Source of the DNA: Candidatus Cloacimonadales bacterium | Lineage (GTDB): Bacteria > Cloacimonadota > Cloacimonadia > Cloacimonadales > JAFGVF01 | Direction of reading: 5' to 3' | DNA length: 64,000 nucleotides | NCBI GenBank assembly: GCA_963677495.2 | Contig: CAXXOU010000002.1 | Location: 164,070-228,069 of the forward strand | Shown: piece after piece, positions 18,113-25,152 of the stretch | Layout of the letters: each line of letters opens with the position of its first letter | Position numbering within the stretch: the stretch's first letter is position 1 | Notes under the pieces: model-generated | Databases searched by the model: none | Told to the model about the DNA's origin: nothing | Seen by the model: the letters and a program-made list of their open reading frames with translations, nothing else | Position numbers and translations under genes: made by a program

Positions 18113-19733
18113 GTAGTGCGAGTGTCCCCACTTGCACATAGCTCGATAGAGCTATCACTGGGAAGCCAATCGAGCTCAGAAACTAGTATTGACTTGTATT
18201 TCCCAAAATAAGAACTACTTTTCAACGTATGATTTCTAAGTATCAGTCAGAGGAAGCTGCCGACTGTGTCGGCACAGCAACTCAGGAGAGTTGCAGTACA
18301 TTCGTAGTGTAAGTGTCCCCACTTGCACATAGCTCGATAGAGCTATAATCGGGAAACTTATCGTGTACTGGAAGTAGTATTGACATGTATAATCACGAAA
18401 CTTAATTCTACGTTCTAAACGTATGATTTCTAAGTTCCAGTCAGAGGAAACTGCCGACTGTGTCGGCACAGCAACTCAGGAGAGTTGCAGTACATTTGTA
18501 GTGCGAGTGTCCCCACTTGCACATAGCTCGATAGAGCTATAATCGGGAAACTTATCGTGTACTGGAAGTAGTATTGACATGTATAATCACGAAACATAAT
18601 TCTACGTTCTAAACGTATGATTTCTAAGTTCCAGTCAGAGGAAGCTGCCGACTGTGTCGGCACAGCAACTCAGGAGAGTTGCAGTACATTCGTAGTGTAA
18701 GTGTCCCCACTTGCACATAGCTCGATAGAGCTATAATCGGGAAACTTATCGTGTACTGGAAGTAGTATTGACATGTATAATCACGTAACATAATTCTACG
18801 TTCTAAACGTATGATTTCTAAGTTCCAGTCAGAGGAAGCTGCCGACTGTGTCGGCACAGCAACTCAGGAGAGTTGCAGTACATTTGTAGTGCGAGTGTCC
18901 CCACTTGCACATAGCTCGATAGAGCTATAATCGGGAAACTTATCGTGTACTGGAAGTAGTATTGACATGTATAATCACGAAACATAATTCTACGTTCTAA
19001 ACGTATGATTTCTAAGTTCCAGTCAGAGGAAGCTGCCGACTGTGTCGGCACAGCAACTCAGGAGAGTTGCAGTACATTTGTAGTGCGAGTGTCCCCACTT
19101 GCACATAGCTCGATAGAGCTATAATCGGGAAACTTATCGTGTACTGGAAGTAGTATTGACATGTATAATCACGAAACATAATTCTACGTTCTAAACGTAT
19201 GATTTCTAAGTTCCAGTCAGAGGAAGCTGCCGACTGTGTCGGCACAGCAACTCAGGAGAGTTGCAGTACATTTGTAGTGCGAGTGTCCCCACTTGCACAT
19301 AGCTCGATAGAGCTATAATCGGGAAACTTATCGTGTACTGGAAGTAGTATTGACATGTATAATCACGAAACTTAATTCTACGTTCTAAACGTATGATTTC
19401 TAAGTTCCAGTCAGAGGAAGCTGCCGACTGTGTCGGCACAGCAACTCAGGAGAGTTGCAGTACATTTGTAGTGCGAGTGTCCCCACTTGCACATAGCTCG
19501 ATAGAGCTATAATAGGGAAACTTATCGTGTACTGGAAGTAGTATTGACATGTATAATCACGAAACATAATTCTACGTTCTAAACGTATGATTTCTAAGTT
19601 CCAGTCAGAGGAAACTGCCGACTGTGTCGGCACAGCAACTCAGGAGAGTTGCAGTACATTCGTAGTGCAAGTGTCACCACTTGCACATAGCTCGAAGAGC
19701 TATAATCGGGAGACTTATTGTGCTAAGTAGTAG
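18112..19733 (+). repeat. 194-bp tandem repeat array: a divergent partial unit, 7 full units and a truncated last unit (candidate array of promoter-equipped structured ncRNA genes)
   Basis: TTGACATGTATAATCACG recurs at 18380, 18574, 18768, 18962, 19156, 19350 and 19544, an exact 194-bp step. The units differ at only a few positions. See the findings for the hairpin analysis. Confidence 0.95.
18768..18796 (+). promoter_or_regulatory. Representative intra-unit promoter-like element, TTGACA-17 nt-TAATTC (repeats every 194 bp)
   Basis: It has the same architecture as putative promoters upstream of real genes in this window: TTGACA-17-TAATTA at 36191, TTGACA-17-TTATTA at 42126 and TTGACA-17-ATTATA at 50247. 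Confidence 0.45.
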
Positions 19734-19793
19734 TCACCAGTACGACCAACAGGAGTTTGGAAAAATGCGGAATTGACTTTCTGAAGTGCTACT
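19734..19793 (-). repeat. Partial Family-2 / inverted-repeat-arm element abutting the end of the tandem array
   Basis: GTCACCAGTACGACCAACAGGAGTTTGGAAAAATGCGGAATTGAC... aligns with 3887-3945 in the same orientation. Confidence 0.65.
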
Positions 19794-20065
19794 ATATCCT
19801 GATGGAATAACCATATAATATCCATGGTGCTTTAGCCCATGGATAAGAATTATCACCAAAACCCTACCCCAACAGGACTGAATTTTCATTCCCAATTCTA
19901 TCCCATTAATCCCTCATTCCTCTATCATAATTCCCGACAGAAAACTGTCTCATTCCAATGAGTCTCTTGAGGCTCACTAGGGCAAAAGGATAAGAGACTG
20001 ACAATAAACCGGGCAGAAATCGGTTGCTCTTGAACCCGAATTATGATGGAGCAATGATAGAGAAA

Positions 20066-20139
20066 TATAGCTCAAAGCCTATAGCCTATAGCCTATAGCT
20101 CAAAGCTTATAGTCCTTATTTCAGCTATAGGCTATAGGT
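20066..20139. repeat. 7-bp periodic TATAGCN repeats followed by an inverted copy (AGCTATAGGCTATAGG)
   Basis: The sequence reads TATAGCT CAAAGCC TATAGCC TATAGCC TATAGCT CAAAGCT TATAGTC ... AGCTATAGGCTATAGG. This forms a 16-bp inverted repeat with a loop of about 22 nt. Confidence 0.8.
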
Positions 20140-20345
20140 TGTTAGCTTTTAACTACAAATTCACTCCCCGTTAGAAACACGTTACAAGAAATGGGGATTG
20201 GATAGGATCTGGATGAAGAATTGATATACTCCCCAATTGTAGTAAGATAGTGCATTATTTATGACTACATATGATGTATTTGCTCCGTTATTGCTCTGCT
20301 ACAATATTGAACAAAAACGAATCCATTTCCAATCGCTCTCCTAGC

Positions 20346-20373
20346 AGACACCTATTGAATTCAATAGGTGTCT
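20346..20373. repeat. Perfect 28-bp palindrome AGACACCTATTGAA|TTCAATAGGTGTCT
   Basis: Read directly from the sequence. It is centred on GAATTC and lies in an ORF-free region. Confidence 0.9.
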
Positions 20374-20463
20374 AATAGGAAACTGCAAAGGAAATGATAA
20401 CTGAGGGTTGAGAATTGTGACAGAGCAGTGCGGAAGGGATTCTAGTATTAGGAACACCGTTTC

Positions 20464-20487
20464 CCACCACTTGAAAGTGGTGGTTTT
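20464..20487 (+). terminator. Plus-strand intrinsic terminator inside the ORF-free region
   Basis: The hairpin CCACCACT-tgaa-AGTGGTGG is followed by TTTT. The minus-strand version has no T-run. Confidence 0.6.
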
Positions 20488-20708
20488 GGGGAGCATATAT
20501 TCAACCCGTTTCGGGATCGAAGGTTCTTCTTAGGGATTCATGACAATGCATTTCATGAATGGCTACTCACATATAATTCCGTTCAACCATCAAAATATTA
20601 CGGCACGACAAGTGGGATTATTATTAAGGTTAATTAAGTGAACAGGGTTGTTCGCTATACATTTCCGGGTTTAACAAATAAAAGCCTATTATCTGAACTT
20701 ATCCGAGT

Positions 20709-20998
20709 AATCTACGGCTATTTAGCATGTTACAGTCAGTCAGTGGCAGTACATTCGTAGTGCGAGTGTCCTCACTTGCACATAGCTCGATAGAGCTATC
20801 ACTGGGAAGCCAATCGTGCCCAGAAGCTAGTATTGACATGTATTGCCAAAATTAGTTTTACTTTCCAGCGTATGATTTCTAAGTTTCAGTCAGTGGATAG
20901 AAGCTGACGACTGTGTCGTCACAGCATCAGTCTTCGCTGTAAGCTTCGCCCGACAAGACTAAAGAGAGTTGCAGTACAAAAAGCGAACCAGCATTGAC
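20709..20998 (+). repeat. Diverged copy (~1.5 units) of the 194-bp repeat, directly upstream of the PHP/EndoQ-like operon
   Basis: The 20757-20885 segment aligns with the divergent leading unit at 18113-18227, including ATCACTGGGAAGCCAATCG and TTGACA at 20833. The next half-unit (20870-20998) carries a compensated hairpin 1 and a 32-bp insertion homologous to 7616-7649. Confidence 0.85.
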
Positions 20999-21055
20999 AC
21001 AGTCAATGCACTCCATAATAGGATAATCATTGACTAATATAGACAGTTCATCTGA

Positions 21056-21844
21056 ATGCATAAAAATCACGATAGGATTGTCATGAAAACGGATTTACAT
21101 ATACATACTAAGTTTAGTTCAGATGCGAGGATAGAACCGGAAGAGTTAGCTGAAAAGGCACTTGGAAACGGCTATGAGTTGATTGGGATTACAGATCATT
21201 TCGATATCTTAGCTGAGAGTGTCAGTACACATAAGAACATTGAGTTTACAGATTATGTTGAATACTTCCACGAGTTGAAGGCAAAGTATTCAGAGCTTAA
21301 GATTGCTGTAGGGGCAGAAGTAGGGGAATTGCATTGGTTCAAAAAAGAGTTAGCTGATGTGTTTGGTGACCTGAACCCCGATTACTTATTAGCATCTATC
21401 CATTTCTTATCAAATAAAAAGGAGGTTTCGACTTCTTTTGCAGGTTACTTGTCGAGAGATGAAATCAAAGATTACTATATGATGAATCTGAACATGGTGG
21501 AGCAGGCTGACTTCCATATCCTGGGGCACTTGGGTATATTCAACAGATACAAAAAACATGATGAATCGCATGTTCGAGATATCAAGAAAGAGATTTTCAA
21601 TGTGATGATTGATAGAGGGATTGCTCTGGAAGTTAACAGCTCAGGATATAATAAACCTATAAATGAGATTCTGCCTGTTGTTAGAGATCTTGATATGTAT
21701 ATGGAACTTGGTGGAAGACTTTTAAGCATCGGTTCTGATGCCCACACACTTGAGATGTTTGATAAGTATTATGACAGATGTATGCAAGTACTAGGCGATA
21801 TGGGAGCTGAGTACAAACTGTTCATACCGGAGATGAAGTTATGA
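21056..21844 (+). CDS. PHP-domain phosphoesterase (HisJ/histidinol-phosphatase-like family)
   Basis: PHP metal-ligand motifs are present: DLHIHTKFSSDA, GITDHFD, SIHF, ILGHL, LEVNSSG and IGSDAH. The real start may be the ATG at 21083 (MKTDLH). Confidence 0.75.
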   Translation: MHKNHDRIVMKTDLHIHTKFSSDARIEPEELAEKALGNGYELIGITDHFDILAESVSTHKNIEFTDYVEYFHELKAKYSELKIAVGAEVGELHWFKKELADVFGDLNPDYLLASIHFLSNKKEVSTSFAGYLSRDEIKDYYMMNLNMVEQADFHILGHLGIFNRYKKHDESHVRDIKKEIFNVMIDRGIALEVNSSGYNKPINEILPVVRDLDMYMELGGRLLSIGSDAHTLEMFDKYYDRCMQVLGDMGAEYKLFIPEMKL

Positions 21845-23058
21845 GATTAGCAGTAGATTTACATTCACATTCAGGTTATGCTGGTGGTGTGGGAAATATA
21901 AAATTGGAAGATGTAATCCAGACGATGAAAAGAAAGGGTATCGATGTTTTCGGGGCCGGTGATGTATTGTTCCCAAAGCGTACTGAAGAACTACGAGAAG
22001 TGCTTACTGAAAGCAGTGAGGGTCTTTTCTCTCTAAATAGTAGTAAAGAACAATTTGCTTTGCAGACTGAGATTATTCTATCGGTAAGATTGGAAGGCTA
22101 TAAACGTAAGATAATGGCACATCATGTCGTGCTTTTTCCTGATTTTGAGTCAATCAAAAAGATGCAAAAGCTAATGACTAAATGGGGACAGAAGAACACT
22201 ATTGGTCGCCCTTTTATTGTGAGTGATGATTTAGCACAGCAGACAGAGAGACTGTTTGAGATAAAGAATATCCACCCATTGGTTGAGGTGATCCCTGCCC
22301 ATGTTATGACTCCGGAAGGTATACTCGGTAGTAAGAATATGCTTGAATCTATCAATGAGTTTTACGGTGAGTTTACTGACGAAATACAGGTTGTCGAGAC
22401 AGGATTGAGTGCTGATCCATACATGCTTGAGCAGATAGAGGAACTGGCAGATATGACAATGATTTCCAATAGTGATTGTCACAGTGCAGCTTTGAATCGA
22501 ATCGGACGTGAGTTCACTATGCTTGATGTTCAAGATAGAAGCTATAAAGGCATTGTTGAAGCTCTTAGAACAAATAAAGTCGAGTTTACAGCTGAGTTTA
22601 ACCCGGCAGAGGGAAGATACTACAATACCGGCCATAGAGCTGATAGACAGGGACATGAAGAAGCATATATCTCTGATAACCCGAAAGAGACTGTATGCCC
22701 TATATGCAATAAACCTTTCCTGCCGGGAGTTGAAAGACGAGTGAAGCAGTTGAGTAGTGGGTATAAAGCGAAACATACTCGTGAATTCCATCATCTCCTA
22801 CCATTAATTGAGGCAATTGCACTGGCTATTGGGGTTAAAAGTATAACATCAAAGAGGGTTGTAGAAAGGTTTAACACAGTATTGGATGAGTTTGACACTG
22901 AAATAGCGTTTTGGTTAGCATCAAAAGAGGAGATACTGAAAAAGCTTGATGGAAAGCTGGAGGGAGAGATCCTCATGCGCCTATTAAAGGTCCATGATGG
23001 CAAGTTCTCGTTCCAACCACCGGGATTTGATGGCAACTATGGGGTGCTATCGCTTTAG
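21841..23058 (+). CDS. Endonuclease Q-like protein (TIGR00375-type PHP-fold nuclease)
   Basis: Matches the archaeal EndoQ pattern as I remember it: VDLHSHS, GAGD, HHVVLFP, IPAHVMTPE, ETGLSADPYM, ISNSDCHSAALNRIGREF and GRYYNTGH. A CPICNKPF zinc-knuckle half-site is also present. An ATGA overlap links it to the PHP gene. Confidence 0.65.
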   Translation: MRLAVDLHSHSGYAGGVGNIKLEDVIQTMKRKGIDVFGAGDVLFPKRTEELREVLTESSEGLFSLNSSKEQFALQTEIILSVRLEGYKRKIMAHHVVLFPDFESIKKMQKLMTKWGQKNTIGRPFIVSDDLAQQTERLFEIKNIHPLVEVIPAHVMTPEGILGSKNMLESINEFYGEFTDEIQVVETGLSADPYMLEQIEELADMTMISNSDCHSAALNRIGREFTMLDVQDRSYKGIVEALRTNKVEFTAEFNPAEGRYYNTGHRADRQGHEEAYISDNPKETVCPICNKPFLPGVERRVKQLSSGYKAKHTREFHHLLPLIEAIALAIGVKSITSKRVVERFNTVLDEFDTEIAFWLASKEEILKKLDGKLEGEILMRLLKVHDGKFSFQPPGFDGNYGVLSL

Positions 23059-24600
23059 CTCGAAAATGGCACCTGTTTTCCAACCATCGGTTGCACTACT
23101 AATAATACCTCCGGCATAACCTGATCCTTCTCCGATTGGGAAAAGATTTGTTACACTTGTAGAAGCACGTGTTTGATAATCACGAACAATTCTAATCGGG
23201 GAAGATGTCCTGGTCTCAGGGGCTATTAGAACACCTTTCTCTGCAAATCCTTTATACTGCTTATCCCAGTGTTTTAGAGCTTGATGTAAAGGAGCAGAGA
23301 TCGATTTTGGGAATAGGTCATGTAGGTTTGCATTGTGAACTGAAGGAAGGAACGAACCTGTAACAGGTTTTGAGTCTTTCTTATGTTTCAGATAAGACAA
23401 TGCTGATTGGACAGGAGCTGAATAATTGCCGATGAAGGCTTTCTTCTCTATTCTTTCCTGAAGTTTCACACCACTTAAGATATCTTTAGCATTAGACTTT
23501 ACTGATACAACTAAGGCACTGTTCCCATATTTGCCTGTTCTGGATGAGTTACTCATACCGTTAGTAACGATTGTATTTTGTTCCGAACTACTATTGATAA
23601 CGAGTCCACCCGGGCACATACAGAAAGTATAGACTCCTAAACCATTAACCTTTCTGGTTAGTCTGTAGTTCGCCGGTCCTGTAATATCTATATCAGTGTT
23701 TTCGCCATAGAATGTTGAGTTTATGTAATCCTGATCATGCTCAATTCGCACTCCAATAGCAAAATCTTTCGATTCAATATCGATGTTCTTTCCCGGTAGC
23801 ATCCTGAAAATGTCTCGAGCTGCGTTTCCGATACCTAGAACAACTATTTCTGGTGAAATCTTCTCTTCATTGATTGTTATTGATTTGATTCTATTATCTT
23901 CAACTTCAATATCAGTAAGTTTAGAGTTCCAGTGGAATGTACAACCATTTTGTTCTAAGTACTCTCTAATCTTAGTTATTATTATCTCTAGTCGGTCAGT
24001 TCCAAGATGGGGAAGAGCTTCATACATGATCTCAGAGTTTGCTCCAAAGCGAACAAATAACTCAAAGACCTTAGTAGAAAAAATATCTCTGTTTCTTGCT
24101 GTAAGTTTTCCATCTGAGAATGTTCCGGCACCGCCTTCACCGAACTGGATATTGCTATTCTCATCTAATTTACCATTCTTCCAGAAATTCTTTATCTTTT
24201 GCTTTCTGTCTGCAATGGTTTCACCTCTATCGTAGATTATTGGTTTCAATCCCTTTTCTACCATGGATAGTGCGCAGAATAGCCCTGAAGGTCCAGCACC
24301 AATAATCACAGGCTGAGAATCATAAAGAGAATACGATGGGAGTACTACATTTTTAGGTTCTCCTAAGGGGATGAGGTCATTATGAACTGGTGGTTTATGA
24401 GCAAATGAGAGCTCTACAGTAAAGTTGAACTTGAGATTATTACGCTTTCTGGCATCCAAAGACTTACGTACAATTGTCAAATCAACAATGTTGTTTGAGT
24501 TAATATGCAGTTTCTTTGCAATAACCCTGTTTAGATCATACTCTTTTGCAATTGGGAATATAACACTTCTTAGTAGAAAACGTTTCATTAAAAACCTCAT
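23047..24600 (-). CDS. FAD-dependent oxidoreductase (COG2509-type)
   Basis: 517 aa with the dinucleotide-binding motif VIIGAGPSGLFCAL and the C-terminal GEGSGYAGGIISSA motif. Confidence 0.75.
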   Translation of the reverse strand: MRFLMKRFLLRSVIFPIAKEYDLNRVIAKKLHINSNNIVDLTIVRKSLDARKRNNLKFNFTVELSFAHKPPVHNDLIPLGEPKNVVLPSYSLYDSQPVIIGAGPSGLFCALSMVEKGLKPIIYDRGETIADRKQKIKNFWKNGKLDENSNIQFGEGGAGTFSDGKLTARNRDIFSTKVFELFVRFGANSEIMYEALPHLGTDRLEIIITKIREYLEQNGCTFHWNSKLTDIEVEDNRIKSITINEEKISPEIVVLGIGNAARDIFRMLPGKNIDIESKDFAIGVRIEHDQDYINSTFYGENTDIDITGPANYRLTRKVNGLGVYTFCMCPGGLVINSSSEQNTIVTNGMSNSSRTGKYGNSALVVSVKSNAKDILSGVKLQERIEKKAFIGNYSAPVQSALSYLKHKKDSKPVTGSFLPSVHNANLHDLFPKSISAPLHQALKHWDKQYKGFAEKGVLIAPETRTSSPIRIVRDYQTRASTSVTNLFPIGEGSGYAGGIISSATDGWKTGAIFELKR

Positions 24601-24741
24601 TTTCAGCTTTATAGGGAAGTAAAAAGATCTCTTTTTAGTTTGTCAACAGGGATAATCTCAAAACAAAGAAATTGATCATATCAAACCTGATATGATTCAA
24701 TTTAATTTTCTGCCATATGTGACGTGCGAATGGCATACTTG

Positions 24742-24824
24742 ACCACGGGTAAACCACGGGTAAACCACGGGTTGACCACGGCTCGCGTGGTTTGGGCGTG
24801 GTTTACCCGTGGTTCATTCGTGGT
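24742..24824. promoter_or_regulatory. 4 direct plus 4 inverted ACCACG/CGTGGT motifs at an exact 11-bp spacing
   Basis: ACCACG occurs at 24742, 24753, 24764 and 24775. CGTGGT occurs at 24786, 24797, 24808 and 24819. The array lies ~80-180 bp upstream of a TTGACA-17-TTTACT promoter for the minus-strand gene that starts at 24600. Confidence 0.6.
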
Positions 24825-24935
24825 TAAACACCTCTTTAGTACTTATCAGCTATCATTAAAAATCTATAGAACTAGTTCTGTTAAGTAGCAAAATACTAAA
24901 GTAAAACTACGGGATTAAAAGAGCAATCTCTATAA

Positions 24936-24962
24936 ACAAAAAAATCCCGACCTAGGTCGGGA
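24936..24962 (-). terminator. Terminator of tRNA-Phe
   Basis: TCCCGAC-ctag-GTCGGGA spans 24945-24962 and is followed on the minus strand by T7. Confidence 0.75.
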
Positions 24963-24968
24963 AAAAGA

Positions 24969-25044
24969 TGGTGGCGAGACCCAGAGTTGAACTGGGGACA
25001 CAAGGCTTTTCAGGCCTCTGCTCTACCTGCTGAGCTATCTCGCC
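24969..25044 (-). tRNA. tRNA-Phe (anticodon GAA), CCA encoded
   Basis: Manual cloverleaf: acceptor GGCGAGA/TCTCGCC, D-arm GCTC-AGCAGGTA-GAGC, anticodon arm GAGGC-CTGAAAA-GCCTT, T-arm CCCAG-TTCAACT-CTGGG, discriminator A and CCA. Confidence 0.9.
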
Positions 25045-25152
25045 CTGTCGTTGAACAGTGATTGGAATAAATTTCAGGTCGCTATAATTGTCAAGCAAAA
25101 ATGGACAATTATTTTCATTTGGTTAATAACTGTTAAAATATCAGTAAGTTGG

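Noticed and set aside
18768-18781. A perfect TTGACA and a perfect TATAAT in the repeat unit read as a single consensus promoter.
   Set aside because: The two hexamers are only 2 nt apart (TTGACAtgTATAAT), so they cannot serve as the -35 and -10 of the same promoter. The TG also abuts TATAAT without the 1-nt spacer of an extended -10. The plausible pairing is TTGACA with TAATTC 17 nt downstream.
18811-18930. Plus-strand 39-codon ORF in every unit (MISKFQSEEAADCVGTATQESCSTFVVRVSPLAHSSIEL), just downstream of the unit promoter.
   Set aside because: There is no Shine-Dalgarno, although real genes here have strong ones. In two units the structure-preserving CG-to-TA change (GTGTAAGT) creates an in-frame TAA at codon 28, so the peptide is not conserved.
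18236-19633. Seven overlapping 77-aa minus-strand ORFs (MPTQSAASSDWNLEIIRLERRI...) in the ORF track.
   Set aside because: They are generated by the 194-bp repeat itself. Each ORF is 234 nt, longer than one unit, and overlaps the next ORF by 40 nt in another frame, because 194 is not a multiple of 3. They have no SD. The inter-unit substitutions are non-synonymous (A/V, M/K, F/L). The base changes instead preserve plus-strand RNA pairing.
18112-19733. A CRISPR array as an explanation for the regular repeats.
   Set aside because: The whole 194-bp unit is repeated head-to-tail with no unique spacers. The unit is far longer than CRISPR repeats, and no cas genes are in the window.
24601-25152. 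tRNA-Phe as an integration hotspot, suggesting an adjacent prophage or genomic island.
   Set aside because: There is no integrase, no duplicated tRNA 3' end (attL/attR) and no phage genes on either side. The neighbouring genes look chromosomal.
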